From positions 1 through 64,000 of the IMG/VR virus record IMGVR_UViG_3300021138_000016: a stretch of DNA of 64,000 nucleotides. One strand, 5' to 3'. Positions 24,664-36,056 of this stretch are shown piece after piece. Below the pieces are notes generated by a model. That model did no database searches, was not told the DNA's origin, and saw only the letters and a list, made by a program, of their open reading frames with translations. The position numbers and the translations under genes are program-made. This DNA comes from a virus. Positions within the stretch are counted from its first letter, which is position 1. Every line of letters starts with the position of its first letter.

Positions 24664-27600
24664 TTATTGTTCTGTTGATGGTTCAAATCCCTTCCCGCTT
24701 GGATGCTTCTCGTTGTTTTTGTAAAAACTTTTTATATCTTTATCCAATTGTTCATCAATATGTTTTTTCTTTTCTTCCTTTTGTTCTTCACTAAGGGACT
24801 TGTTTGTTTCTACTTCTCCTTTTCTGTGTTTTGCAGACTTTACTGCGTTTGTTGCTTTTTTATACCAAAACTCGGACAATAATTCTTTTTTATTCCCTAT
24901 ACCTACCCATTTAACGTAATCTTCGGGTGTAAAGGTAACTCTTTTTATGTCATTCCCCTTTTCATCTACATCATTAATTTTATAAGGCGGCAATAGCCTT
25001 TGCGAAAGCGGGTCAAACACCCATTTTTGTCCCCTTTCTAATTGTGGTGAACTTTCAATAAGATGTTCCACATTTGACACTACCGCATCTTTTGCCGCTG
25101 CTGCCGATATTTCTCCACGTTTAATTTTATCTTTATACACATCTGCCGCATCTAAAGCCATCATTGCAGGATAGAAAGCGGGGGTATGTTCTATTACCAT
25201 AGACACCCATTTAGGTAAAGTATAATTACCGATACGAATATCCCCCGTTTTTGTTTCGGGTTCTTTTGTCTTTTTTTGCCTTCTTTCTTTCTCCTTATCT
25301 TCTGCTGATTGACCTAGATGTGGGAATCCACCAAATGAAGCCCCGAAATACATTGACCCAATAGAAGCTAAAGCAAACATCCCTAACCCAAATCCCCCCT
25401 TTCTAAAAGCCCTTGCTATGGTTGCAGCTTCTTTAGCGGGGATTTCATTTAATCGTTCCCTTAATGCTGTTTTAAATTCTTCTGAATCCCTATCAGTATA
25501 TCCTAAATCAAACGCTTCGCCTTTAGCTTGTCTATATGCCTTATTCATTTTATATACTGCAATAACAGACCCTGCCGTGTATTCCATAACTAACTCTTTT
25601 AGCATATTGTTAGGTACACGGGTAATTGCTACATCTAGTCTTAATGCCGCCGCTACTGTGGGGTATTTTTTTTCTATATTAGTTAATGTATCGTTCCAAA
25701 ATCTTGTTACCGCATTATCTTCTGAATATTTACCACGTTCCCAATCGGGATAACTGTCATAGGCTATTTCTAATATTTTATTTGAATCTATTGGCATCCC
25801 TGCTTCTATATTCCCTTCTAATCTTGCAATAAATCCTGCCGCAAATTCAGAACGTGCAGAAAATGTTTTTAAAGCCCCGTGAAGCCTTCCCATCACACCA
25901 ACTAAATGTTCTATTGATTGTACAGATACTAATTGGTTTTGCCAATCGCTTCTTTCTTCATTCAATTCGCCAAATTCTTTTTCTATTTTATTTACCCTAT
26001 GTAAAAAAGTTTCATAAGCATCTTCAAAAGAACGTCCTGCAATAAACTCATATACCATATTGCCCAAGTCCTCTACCATAGCTTTGCCGTAATCTACTTT
26101 TAACTTGTCTACCTCTGTTTTTTTAGAATCATACTCTTTAGACTTTGATAAAGGGATTTCATCTAATTCTTTTTTGGCATCTAAATATTTACCTTCCGCT
26201 AGTTTAAACTTTTCCCTAGATTTTTCGTATAAGTTAGCTAATCCCTTCTCACCATATTGCATCCAAACAGCTTGTTGCAGTTTCTTTAGTGTTTCTATGG
26301 AATTGCTTTCGCCACCTAGCTTTGCATTTTTAGAAATAGCCTTTGTTGTTTCAAATGGAAGTGCATCAAATATTTTACCCGTAGTAAGTTTTGTTAATGC
26401 GTTTAATTGGGGTTTTATCCCTGCCGAAAATGCCACTTTCAACAAAGTTTTCCAACTATGTATAAGAAAAGCCACATTCAACCCTCTTGCCAATACTCCT
26501 GCCGCCCTCCATTGCCAATTTTTACCTTTGTTTTGTGAGGCTGCTTTTTCTTTAGACAATTCAAATGCTTGTTTCTTTAATCTTCTTTGATTTTCAAGCC
26601 TAATCAAGTCTGCATCGTATTGGGTAAATGGTTCTGTCTTTTTAGGCTCATCATCAAATTCCCCTGCATTTATTTTTCTTTCATACTCATTAATATCTGA
26701 TTGAAACTTACGTTTGGTTTTTTCTAACTTAATAGTAAGTTCATCTTTCTTTTTATCTTCTTCATAGTTATCTAATATAGACTTTGCTTTTAACCTATTC
26801 TCATAATCTTTAGCATCTTTAAATACATCCAAAGCGTTTTTCATAGCTTTTTCTGCTGCTTTAAATTTAGGTTCTTCGCTTGTCCCATCTAAATAAACTT
26901 TTGACTTCTCAAGTTCATCTATTGCATTTTCAAGCATAGACTTTTGCCTATTAAAATTTTTGTCAGTAGTGTCCCCTATTTCTTCAATCTTGTTTTTAAA
27001 ATCTTTTATTGCGTCATCTACTCTTTGATTATGACTTGATGCACGAGTTTCATAAGAAGCCCTTGTAGTGCTATCTGTATGACTTACTTTCAACTCCTTC
27101 TTCCTTAGTGAATCAGCTAATTCTTTTTGTTTTTTAACTAAGTCCTTATCTATTTGTTTAGGGGATTTATTACGGTTCTTTTTAAAATATTCCCCACTTT
27201 CATTAACTCTTTTTATCTGTTTGTCATAATCCTCTATCTGTTCATTTTTGCGATTTATATCCCTCTGAATCTTCTTTAATTCGTTTTCTTTATCACGCAA
27301 TTCTTTGTCAGCAACTTTTACTGATTCTTTTAATGCTTCTATTTCGGGAGTATCTATTTTTTCGTTGGATTTAGCCCTTTTTTCACGAATACCTTGTTGC
27401 AACTTATCCCTTTTATCGGTAAGTTCTTTTATTGCCCTTTCTTGTCTTTTTGCTTCATTTTCTTTATCACGCAATTCTTTTCTTGCTGCCGCTGCCTTTT
27501 CACGTCTATCTTTTAATATGGCTTCCTTTTCAGCAATAAGACCCTTTTCATATTCGTCACGTTCTCTTTGTGATTCAAATTGTTTTCCCTTAATATCCTT

Positions 27601-30600
27601 TAACTCCTTCAAGTCATTAATGTCATTTTCTAATTTAGTAATAGCATTAAATTCTATTTGGGTGTTTTGTTGTTTTGATTTAATCTTCCTAGATGTTTCT
27701 TGGGTAAATTCGTCTTTTTTAAGATACGCTTTTCTTAGCTTATTCTCGTCAACGTTTGGTAATACTTTCTTTAATTCTTCTAATGCTTGGGGTAATATTT
27801 CTTTCGCATCATAAGAAGGGAAATGAGCCTTAATATAATCATCAATTAGTTTTTTGCCTACCATTTCGTTATTAATATCATTTACCCCGTTTAGTTCGGC
27901 ATATTCTTTTATTGCATTTAAAGACTTTTCAATAGATGAAGGCTCGTTTAATATTTCTTCGTCTATCCCTGCTTCTTTTAACTTAGTCTTTATTTCTAAT
28001 TTTAATTTTTCCTTATCCGTACCATCATCGACTTTATTTACTGCTTTTTCTATAATGTCAGGGATTGATTTATCCCCCTTGTCTAATCCTGTTTTTATTT
28101 CACGAATAGCATCTGCGGACGACATTTTTTGTGGGGTTTCTTTACTGCCCGTATCTATCTTTTCTGATTTAGCACGTTCGTCAAATTCAGTAGCAAAATC
28201 TTCTAGGATAAGTTTAGCTTTATCCCTAATTGGTTTTTCTACTTTTGTTTTATTTACTTTCCCGCCTTGTGCTTTATCAGCCTTTTCTGATTCCGATTTT
28301 GCTTTAGCAACATCATCAGACAATCTTTTTTCAAAGTCTTTCTTAATCTTTTCAATTTCTATTTCTTGTGACTTTATAAGACTTGCCCTTTCTTCTTCCC
28401 AATCCCTTGCTGTTCTTTCTAGTTCTTCGGGGGATAAAGGTTCACCCTTTGCAGCACGAAGTTCTCCACGCTTTATTTCTAATCCCGTATCACTATCATA
28501 TCCTAATGCGGCTTGTAAGAATACTAAAGAACGCCCTAACGTAGTACCCCCTGCTTTAATTACTTTTACTATATCTTCAAATTGGCTTATTAATTTTTTA
28601 TAAGAATCATTTGCTTTTTCTTTTGATAATGGGGTTTCGGCAGTAAATCTATCTTCTGATTTTTTTACTAAATCTTGTTCTGTTTCTCTTTTTAAATATA
28701 ACATTACTGCCAAATCTTCATCATCCATTCTTATCCTGCCATTTTCAATATCCGAAAGATGTTTATATAGCATTTGTTCTGCACCTTCTTTTAAACTTAA
28801 ATGGGGGTAATCTTGCTTAACCCTATTAAGCCCTTTTTCTAAACTTTCACTCCACTTTTTAACCCCTTGTGCTTCGTAGGCTTCTTTTAAAGCAGAAACT
28901 TCTTTTAATTGGGTAGCCTTGTTTATTTGAGTAAATTTAGGTTGCCCACTTTCTTTTATAATAGGTTCTGTAATAGGAGGCACAATAGGAGGTGGGGGAA
29001 CAAGCCCCCTATCCTCAAATACATCTTCTTCCCGCCCTTCGGCATCGGCTTCTTTGTCCCTTTGTCTTTCAACTTGTTCTATTTTTGCTTCTCTACCGAT
29101 ATTGGCATTATCTTGTGTTGGGGTTTGTTCCCCTACTGTTTCTTCTTTCGGCTCAACGTTAATATTGCCGCTTTTTTCTGTAAATCCGTTAGTGGCTGCG
29201 TACTGTTCCCAATATTCTTTTTCAAGTTGTTCGATTGTATCAAACTGTTGTTCTGCAAGTTTTTGTTGCCCTTCTGTGAGTTTTCTAAATTCATTTTCTA
29301 TCGCTTTTGTGGCTATCTCATTGTTTAATGGAAGCCCTGTTAATTTTTCAAATTTGTCTTTTGCACTTTGTGCAACGCTATTTTCTGATTCTTTTAATGC
29401 GCTACTTTCGCCTTTAGGGAATTTGATAATAAAGTCAACAATATCTTGTGGGGTTATTTCAGTTCCATAATGGTCGGACATTTCTTTTGCAACCTCGTCT
29501 ATACTTCTTGCTTCTTCGCCTTTTTTGCCTTTAAAATAACTATTTATAATGTCGGAATCAATATTATTCCTATCCCCAAAACTTTTAAAGCTATCTTGAG
29601 ATATTTTACCAAGACCATATTCTGCTATTTGTCTTTCTTTCGTGTCAATTACTTCCCCTTCGGGCTGTTGCCTAATATAAGTTTCTGCAATTTCTAGTGG
29701 ATTATTTGAATTGTCAATTACATATTGGTCTGCTTCTTTCTCGTCTTTAAAAGAAATCCCTTTAGGTTCTTTTGAAACTTCTCCCACATTAAAATTATAA
29801 TTGTCTGCCGCCTCGTTTATAACCTTTTTAGATGTTTTTTTACTTACTTCTTTACCCGTATTAATATCAACCACTTTGGCAAACCCGTTCTCGTCATAAA
29901 CTAATTTATTTCTCCCACTTTTTGAAATATACTCTTTTGGTTCTGCAACTTGGATATTTTCTTCACTAGGTACAGATGCTTCTTCTTTAGGTACAGATAC
30001 TTCACTTGTTGGGATAGGTGTCGTAGGTTTTTCTTCTTGTTGTTGGGGTTCGGTTGCTTTTTCTGCTGCTACTTCTCTCTTATTTAATTCATTTGCATTT
30101 ATGAATTTAATATCCGCACCTAACCCTAAGTTTTCTACTTCTCCTGCAACTGCATTACTATTATCTATTAATACCCCCCCACTTTTTTCTGCTAAAGATG
30201 CCTTTTCTTCACCACTTAACCCTTGTATTATTGTAAGGTTCTTTTCTGCTTCGGGGGATAATCCCATAGTCTTTAAAATTTCAGCCTTGTTTTCTTCGGG
30301 GTTATCCTTTCCACTTTTGGTAACTATTGTTACCTTCTCCCCGTTTTCTAAACGTTGCTTTACTTCTTTACCAAAAGGTAATAATTCCCCATTTTTAGCT
30401 ATTGTACTATGATAGTCTGAAAATATTGGTCTGCCTTCAAATTCGTTTTCTTTACTTACAAATTTATCTGTACCCTTCTCTATTGGGGCTTGTTCCCCTT
30501 CTGCTTTTTTAACTTCCTTCTTTAATTGTTCTGCCTCAAATAATTGTTTTCTATACTTAGATGGAAATTCGGCATCGTCACTTTTTACTACTTCCTTAAT

Positions 30601-33585
30601 ATACCCCTTATCCATCCCCTTTTTAATATCACCATTTTCAGTCATTACTTTTAATGCTTTGTCTGATAATATTACGGGGTTATCATTGCCATCTACTAAA
30701 TAATGGAATGATGCCTCGTTATTCATTGATTTAGAGGCTTCTTCTTGGTATTCTTTTGATTTAGATTTATGGAAGTCTGCTAATGCTTTATTTTCCCCGT
30801 TATCCCCTGCTAATTGCTTAGATAGGGCATCGTGCATATCTGCTAGGGTAAGATTGTGTGCAGTATATAAATCATTGATGTTATATCTGTCTAGTTTTGC
30901 ATTTGCTATATTCCTTTCCAATCCTTGTGCGTGAAGAATAGTGTTTTCTAAAGATATTTTATTGGCTTTTGTTTCAGCCTCATTATCTGTTTTGTAATCG
31001 CCGTTTTCTTTCATCAACATAAGGTTGTCAATCAAAGATGCACTATTGTCATTTATAGCGTGTTGTATGTTGTTATTATAGAATTTATTTTGGTGGATTT
31101 CGGCATTTGTCGTATTCAATAATTCGTTCCAATTTTTCATTGAAGCCAAATGACCTTGAACCCCGTGATATAAATCCATAGGCAAGAAAGACAATGCAGA
31201 AACAAAACTATCAACACCGTGTTTTTTTACATAATCAACTATGTTTGGCTTTTCATTACCTAATGCTTCTGCTTGGGCTGATTCTTGTAATAATCCTTGA
31301 TTAGTCATCATTGCGGTATTGGCAGCAATGTTTTTTGTCAAGTTAGTAGCGGTCTTTAATAAAGTGGGTTTTAATGTTTTTCCAAATAAAGATGCTGACT
31401 GTAAATACCCCGTAAAAGCATTAAACAGCAAATCATTGGCAGCAATATTACTTGTCGCTGTACTTGCATCATAGGTATTAACCCCTTGCTTTAATAAACT
31501 ACCATAAGAATTAGCCAAATTAGCGGCAGTCATATATCCTGCATTACCTACTGTTGCCAATCCCGTCCCTACTACTTCGGGCGCACCTAAAGCAACTGCA
31601 CCTTCACCTATCCCCCCTGTTGCAGCACCCAATACTGTTGCACCTGCTATTAAAGGTGTAGAAGAACCTAAGAAGTGTTGCCAATAATCCCAACTTTTTA
31701 AAGAATTAATCCCCTTGTATTCAAAATGTTCTTTTGCTACGTTAGACAGGTCTATATTATTAGCACTAAGGCTTGAATTGTAAACTCTTGCAGCATCCCC
31801 ACCGTGTCCTGTTTTTGCGTACATAAAAGCACTAAGACCATACATCATATTTTTATATGCTTGGTCTACACTTGCCATATAAGTCCCCTTATCTGCTAAT
31901 ACTTCATCCGCTTTTCTTCCCCTTGCTTTAGATACTGCTTCTAGGGTTTTGTTTTCTACTTCACCTAACCCCTTATAGTAATCTTCTAGTGCTTTTTGTG
32001 ATTGGGCTTTAGTCATGCCTTTTATACCAATACTTCCATCGGGATAAACAGACACATCTTTGTTTGCTGATTGCAAAGCCCCAATTAAAAATCCTTTACG
32101 AACATCATTTGCCTTATCCTTTGCATTTTTTATATCTGCTTCTCTTTTCTTTACTAAAGCAGATGTTTCTTTATTGTTTTGTAGGTCACGGATAATATTC
32201 TTTTGGGCTATTTCGGGTGTAACCATTTTTGATTCCACTTGCGAAGCCCATTTTTGCATAATAGATTTCCCCGATTCATTTGCATCCAACGCTTTATTAA
32301 AGTTGTCATTTGCCGCTAATACATCATTATTAAAATGTGTTTCTGCTAATGAGTTTGCTTGTGCATATTTTTCGGGGGAGAAAGTATCTTTTATATTATG
32401 TCCGTTGTCTATAAAACTTTTTAAGGCAGGGTTATTTTTAGCAACTTGTTCATTGTATTTTCTTGTTGCGTGTTGTACGGGGATAGCCGTTTCTATATGG
32501 TCTATAATACGATTTTCTACATCTGTGTACTCTGTATTTTTCAAGTTTTCTCCCAATGCTAATCCTGCACCGTGTTCTTTTGCAGCAGCAATAACATCAT
32601 TCTTACTTGACATATAATCGTGTACTATCTTACGGATAGCATATTGGTCTGATTCGTCAAATATATGTGCTTGTCCTAGTGGGCTTCCTTTCCTTTGTTC
32701 GGGGTTTAATGACTTTAATTTCCCTTCATAATCCAACGCTGCTTTTTCAATATATTTTTGAAGTGCAGGTAGTTGTAGTAATTGCGGTTGGTATTCCGTA
32801 GTGTATTTGTGGTTATAAACTACATCAATACCGTGTTTTATAAAGTTCTCTTTATCCTTTAAGTTGTTTAATTGTGCATCTATTTTTTCGTAATCTTGTT
32901 GTGAAGGGGTAACGAAACGGGAAGCCAAATTTTGCCTTTGGTTATTCAATCGTTCCATATCCTTCTTAACATTCCCCCATTCTTGCAAAGCGGGCATAAT
33001 GCTTTGTGTTTGAGTAAGATTAGATATAGTTGCTAAATTCTTATTTTTTTGATTTATTGCATTGGTTAATTGTGGTAAGTCAATACCCATATTAGGCTTA
33101 ACCCCGTATGCTTCTAAATCTTCTTCTTTTAAATCACCCTTATAAAACCTTTCAGTTATATCTTGTCTTTTATTGGCATCGTGTATATTAGCCTCTAAGT
33201 TTTCGGGGGAAACCAATGATGTTGTTGGCTTTTTACCCGACAATATCCCACTAAATAAGTTTTTGTTCTTTATTTGTTGTTCTTGGGCTTGTTTAGCCAT
33301 TTCAGCATTATTACCTTCTACTACTGTTTTAGTTAAAGGCGAAACAGGCTTATCATCCCTTCCTAATGTAGATTTTGAAGTGGATGTGGATGTGGGTGAA
33401 GTTACCCCACCATTTTGCAAAGGCTTTGAGCCATCCAAAGGTATAGTTGGTATAGTAGGTTCGGTAGATGCTTTTTTTTTTAATATAGGCAATCCATCTT
33501 CTGTTGTTTCCGTGTTTGCAGAAACATTTTGATTACTAATTATTGGTAACCCATCCTCTGTGTATTTTCTAACCGATGTAGCCAT
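24664..33585 (-). CDS. giant internal virion/ejection (cargo) protein
   Basis: 2973 aa, third of three size-ascending genes after the tail genes; Gly/Ala hydrophobic segments, long coiled coils, embedded HAD-like domain. Confidence 0.65.
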   Translation of the reverse strand: MATSVRKYTEDGLPIISNQNVSANTETTEDGLPILKKKASTEPTIPTIPLDGSKPLQNGGVTSPTSTSTSKSTLGRDDKPVSPLTKTVVEGNNAEMAKQAQEQQIKNKNLFSGILSGKKPTTSLVSPENLEANIHDANKRQDITERFYKGDLKEEDLEAYGVKPNMGIDLPQLTNAINQKNKNLATISNLTQTQSIMPALQEWGNVKKDMERLNNQRQNLASRFVTPSQQDYEKIDAQLNNLKDKENFIKHGIDVVYNHKYTTEYQPQLLQLPALQKYIEKAALDYEGKLKSLNPEQRKGSPLGQAHIFDESDQYAIRKIVHDYMSSKNDVIAAAKEHGAGLALGENLKNTEYTDVENRIIDHIETAIPVQHATRKYNEQVAKNNPALKSFIDNGHNIKDTFSPEKYAQANSLAETHFNNDVLAANDNFNKALDANESGKSIMQKWASQVESKMVTPEIAQKNIIRDLQNNKETSALVKKREADIKNAKDKANDVRKGFLIGALQSANKDVSVYPDGSIGIKGMTKAQSQKALEDYYKGLGEVENKTLEAVSKARGRKADEVLADKGTYMASVDQAYKNMMYGLSAFMYAKTGHGGDAARVYNSSLSANNIDLSNVAKEHFEYKGINSLKSWDYWQHFLGSSTPLIAGATVLGAATGGIGEGAVALGAPEVVGTGLATVGNAGYMTAANLANSYGSLLKQGVNTYDASTATSNIAANDLLFNAFTGYLQSASLFGKTLKPTLLKTATNLTKNIAANTAMMTNQGLLQESAQAEALGNEKPNIVDYVKKHGVDSFVSALSFLPMDLYHGVQGHLASMKNWNELLNTTNAEIHQNKFYNNNIQHAINDNSASLIDNLMLMKENGDYKTDNEAETKANKISLENTILHAQGLERNIANAKLDRYNINDLYTAHNLTLADMHDALSKQLAGDNGENKALADFHKSKSKEYQEEASKSMNNEASFHYLVDGNDNPVILSDKALKVMTENGDIKKGMDKGYIKEVVKSDDAEFPSKYRKQLFEAEQLKKEVKKAEGEQAPIEKGTDKFVSKENEFEGRPIFSDYHSTIAKNGELLPFGKEVKQRLENGEKVTIVTKSGKDNPEENKAEILKTMGLSPEAEKNLTIIQGLSGEEKASLAEKSGGVLIDNSNAVAGEVENLGLGADIKFINANELNKREVAAEKATEPQQQEEKPTTPIPTSEVSVPKEEASVPSEENIQVAEPKEYISKSGRNKLVYDENGFAKVVDINTGKEVSKKTSKKVINEAADNYNFNVGEVSKEPKGISFKDEKEADQYVIDNSNNPLEIAETYIRQQPEGEVIDTKERQIAEYGLGKISQDSFKSFGDRNNIDSDIINSYFKGKKGEEARSIDEVAKEMSDHYGTEITPQDIVDFIIKFPKGESSALKESENSVAQSAKDKFEKLTGLPLNNEIATKAIENEFRKLTEGQQKLAEQQFDTIEQLEKEYWEQYAATNGFTEKSGNINVEPKEETVGEQTPTQDNANIGREAKIEQVERQRDKEADAEGREEDVFEDRGLVPPPPIVPPITEPIIKESGQPKFTQINKATQLKEVSALKEAYEAQGVKKWSESLEKGLNRVKQDYPHLSLKEGAEQMLYKHLSDIENGRIRMDDEDLAVMLYLKRETEQDLVKKSEDRFTAETPLSKEKANDSYKKLISQFEDIVKVIKAGGTTLGRSLVFLQAALGYDSDTGLEIKRGELRAAKGEPLSPEELERTARDWEEERASLIKSQEIEIEKIKKDFEKRLSDDVAKAKSESEKADKAQGGKVNKTKVEKPIRDKAKLILEDFATEFDERAKSEKIDTGSKETPQKMSSADAIREIKTGLDKGDKSIPDIIEKAVNKVDDGTDKEKLKLEIKTKLKEAGIDEEILNEPSSIEKSLNAIKEYAELNGVNDINNEMVGKKLIDDYIKAHFPSYDAKEILPQALEELKKVLPNVDENKLRKAYLKKDEFTQETSRKIKSKQQNTQIEFNAITKLENDINDLKELKDIKGKQFESQRERDEYEKGLIAEKEAILKDRREKAAAARKELRDKENEAKRQERAIKELTDKRDKLQQGIREKRAKSNEKIDTPEIEALKESVKVADKELRDKENELKKIQRDINRKNEQIEDYDKQIKRVNESGEYFKKNRNKSPKQIDKDLVKKQKELADSLRKKELKVSHTDSTTRASYETRASSHNQRVDDAIKDFKNKIEEIGDTTDKNFNRQKSMLENAIDELEKSKVYLDGTSEEPKFKAAEKAMKNALDVFKDAKDYENRLKAKSILDNYEEDKKKDELTIKLEKTKRKFQSDINEYERKINAGEFDDEPKKTEPFTQYDADLIRLENQRRLKKQAFELSKEKAASQNKGKNWQWRAAGVLARGLNVAFLIHSWKTLLKVAFSAGIKPQLNALTKLTTGKIFDALPFETTKAISKNAKLGGESNSIETLKKLQQAVWMQYGEKGLANLYEKSREKFKLAEGKYLDAKKELDEIPLSKSKEYDSKKTEVDKLKVDYGKAMVEDLGNMVYEFIAGRSFEDAYETFLHRVNKIEKEFGELNEERSDWQNQLVSVQSIEHLVGVMGRLHGALKTFSARSEFAAGFIARLEGNIEAGMPIDSNKILEIAYDSYPDWERGKYSEDNAVTRFWNDTLTNIEKKYPTVAAALRLDVAITRVPNNMLKELVMEYTAGSVIAVYKMNKAYRQAKGEAFDLGYTDRDSEEFKTALRERLNEIPAKEAATIARAFRKGGFGLGMFALASIGSMYFGASFGGFPHLGQSAEDKEKERRQKKTKEPETKTGDIRIGNYTLPKWVSMVIEHTPAFYPAMMALDAADVYKDKIKRGEISAAAAKDAVVSNVEHLIESSPQLERGQKWVFDPLSQRLLPPYKINDVDEKGNDIKRVTFTPEDYVKWVGIGNKKELLSEFWYKKATNAVKSAKHRKGEVETNKSLSEEQKEEKKKHIDEQLDKDIKSFYKNNEKHPSGKGFEPSTEQ

Positions 33586-33590
33586 TTATT

Positions 33591-35246
33591 TTACTTTAAT
33601 CCTGTTTGTTTAATATATTCATCAACGCTTACCCCCGATGCCTTTGCCGCTTTAGTAATTTGGTCTATGCTGAAACTTTTTGAGCCTAGCTTATACTGCT
33701 TTTGTTCGTTATTCTTTGCAGGTTCTTTACCAATTAATTTATTAACCCCACCTTCTTTGTGCAAAATATCTTGCGCCTGTTTAAGTATATCTAAATGTTC
33801 TTTACTTGTTCCCGAACCACTTGTCTTAACTATTTTATTCATTAAGTCATTTGTAGTTACAGGCTCTCCCGAAGTGTATAAAGGTATGTTTTTATCTTTC
33901 TTTATTTCTCCAACTTTAGGGGCTTCCCCCTTTTTAGTCACATCCCAAATATCAATTTCTGATTGAGAATACCTACTATAATAGATAGGTCTTATTTCCC
34001 CATCGGGTGTTCTAGTTATAACATCGGGGTGAATAGTTTTTGTTTCTATTTTTATCTTACCTGCATCGTCTTTTATCTCAACTTTTTCTTGTTTGTCAAA
34101 TAATTTATTTATATCTGTTGAAACCGATAATACGGGTTCTTTTTGTCCCCCTTGTACTGATATTGCGGGAGTGTTTTCATCTACGTTAGTGAGAACATCT
34201 TTTGTGATATTAACCAACCCTTTTGCTGCTTCCGACTTCTCTTTATCAGAATGTCCAAATTCAAGATTTTTTAAATATATAGCTTGTCTTTGTCTTTTAT
34301 CTGCAAGCATCAACTCTGTTTCTCTTTTATAAGCAGGGTCTTGTTCGTCTTTAATTGTTTCTTTGCCACCTTCGGGTCTATATGCTTCTTGCCAAGATTT
34401 TAGCCAAAATGCTTTTTCGGGATTAGTTGGATTTTCTTTTTTGAAAACTTCTTTTTGCTCGTCAGGTAGTTTGTTGAACATATATTTAGAAGCATCTGAA
34501 ATAGAATACTTTTGATTTCCGCCCGCAGGTTGGTTACTATCATAAAGAGCATTGCCAATATTCATATATTGCCCCTTATCAAATTCTATCCCCCCTTCTT
34601 TTCTTCTTAATAATCCCGTATAAATAGCTTTATCCCCTTCACCTTCCATCACACGTTCCCCTTGCGATGGGTATTGTTTTGATTTACCTATACCACCGTG
34701 TTCTACTGTTGTGAGAACCTTGCTAGATAACCCTTGAAGGTCTACTGTCTTAGGCATATCAAATTGGAATATAGGTGCATCTAACCCCCCTTGTCTAAAA
34801 TCTGCTATCCTTTTTTTATTTTCATCAGTAAGTACACTAGGGTCTTTATCTGCAAATGATTGTTGTGTTTGTAGGTATGAGTTACGGGCTTTGCTTTTTT
34901 GCATATTACCCAATAATTGTTGAAATTCGGGGTCATTACCTATTTGTGCTAACTTGCTAGGGTTTTGAGCCATCTTTTGAAAGTAGGCGGTTGATTGCTT
35001 TTGAAGTAGTGGGACATCTTCTTGCATTACACCTGCCCAATCTAATTGATGATTAGCAGCCCAATCTGCTACTTGCTTTTGATGATTTTCGTACTTAGCC
35101 CAATCGTATTGTGCTTTTTCGTGCGCTGCATCCCAAACCCCTTTTAAACCGCTAGATATATCCAATACAACGGCAGGGCTACCTGCAACGAGGTTAGCAT
35201 CTTTGTCAAAGCTATTGATTTCTCCTAAAGAGGGTTCGTTTGCCAT
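33591..35246 (-). CDS. internal virion/ejection protein
   Basis: Position between small and giant cargo genes; helical. Confidence 0.55.
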   Translation of the reverse strand: MANEPSLGEINSFDKDANLVAGSPAVVLDISSGLKGVWDAAHEKAQYDWAKYENHQKQVADWAANHQLDWAGVMQEDVPLLQKQSTAYFQKMAQNPSKLAQIGNDPEFQQLLGNMQKSKARNSYLQTQQSFADKDPSVLTDENKKRIADFRQGGLDAPIFQFDMPKTVDLQGLSSKVLTTVEHGGIGKSKQYPSQGERVMEGEGDKAIYTGLLRRKEGGIEFDKGQYMNIGNALYDSNQPAGGNQKYSISDASKYMFNKLPDEQKEVFKKENPTNPEKAFWLKSWQEAYRPEGGKETIKDEQDPAYKRETELMLADKRQRQAIYLKNLEFGHSDKEKSEAAKGLVNITKDVLTNVDENTPAISVQGGQKEPVLSVSTDINKLFDKQEKVEIKDDAGKIKIETKTIHPDVITRTPDGEIRPIYYSRYSQSEIDIWDVTKKGEAPKVGEIKKDKNIPLYTSGEPVTTNDLMNKIVKTSGSGTSKEHLDILKQAQDILHKEGGVNKLIGKEPAKNNEQKQYKLGSKSFSIDQITKAAKASGVSVDEYIKQTGLK

Positions 35247-35256
35247 TAATTATTTA

Positions 35257-36045
35257 TTATTCGGGTGTCCATCCTAATCCACCGTAAGAAGGTTGAGCCA
35301 TTTCTACTCCCAATGGAGTAGGTGGCAACGCTTGTGGTGCGTTAGGTGTTGTTAAATTGGGTAAAGGTCTTGAAACTATACTTTGTGGTATAGAATTACC
35401 ACTAGCATCCGTTGGGGTATATCTTGGGGAATAAGTATCACCTTTTAGTTGATTTATTTGAGCCTTGTTTAATGCTGTATTTTGCATACCCGTACCAAGT
35501 GCAGAAACCCCGCTTATTGCATCACTTAGCCCACCAAAAGCATTTTGTTTACCTGCTGCCATTCTTTGCTTCAACTCATTTAACTTCCTTTCATAAGGTT
35601 GGTATTCGTTCAAACTCCATTGCATTGTTTTTTGCCCCGCCAACTCTTTATTCCGTTCCATAAAACGGTTAATGTTTTCAGTGTGCATTTGTGCATCTGC
35701 TACGGCGGTTGAACCTAATTGTTGATTGTAATTTTGCAATAATCTTGCTATATTGTTTACATCGCCACCGCCTTGCAATGTTGCCCCAATACCTGCACCT
35801 AATCCCCTTTGTGTTTCTTGGGTTAAATAGTCTTTAGCCCCTGTACCTAATCCCCCTTGCGCTTCTTGTGCTGCAAGGTCACGGTTTTGTTGGTATTCGC
35901 TTTGTATCTTATAAAAAGGCTGCCTTAAATTAGCCATTTCTTTTTTGGCTTTGGCTTCATCACTAAATCCTTCAATAGACTTAGCTATGCCCAAACCTGT
36001 TTGTGCAATACCCGCTCCTAAAATTAAACCTCCCGAAATTGGCAT
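35257..36045 (-). CDS. internal virion/ejection protein (pilot-like)
   Basis: Gly/Ala hydrophobic N-terminus, Gln-rich helices. Confidence 0.65.
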   Translation of the reverse strand: MPISGGLILGAGIAQTGLGIAKSIEGFSDEAKAKKEMANLRQPFYKIQSEYQQNRDLAAQEAQGGLGTGAKDYLTQETQRGLGAGIGATLQGGGDVNNIARLLQNYNQQLGSTAVADAQMHTENINRFMERNKELAGQKTMQWSLNEYQPYERKLNELKQRMAAGKQNAFGGLSDAISGVSALGTGMQNTALNKAQINQLKGDTYSPRYTPTDASGNSIPQSIVSRPLPNLTTPNAPQALPPTPLGVEMAQPSYGGLGWTPE

Positions 36046-36056
36046 TGTTATTTATT

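Noticed and set aside
24664-33585. Virion RNA polymerase
   Set aside because: No DxDxD catalytic motif found in the translation
25418-35663. Many + strand ORFs opposite the cargo genes (and similar ones elsewhere)
   Set aside because: Antisense shadows of long coding frames, with S/F/L-rich composition and no start context
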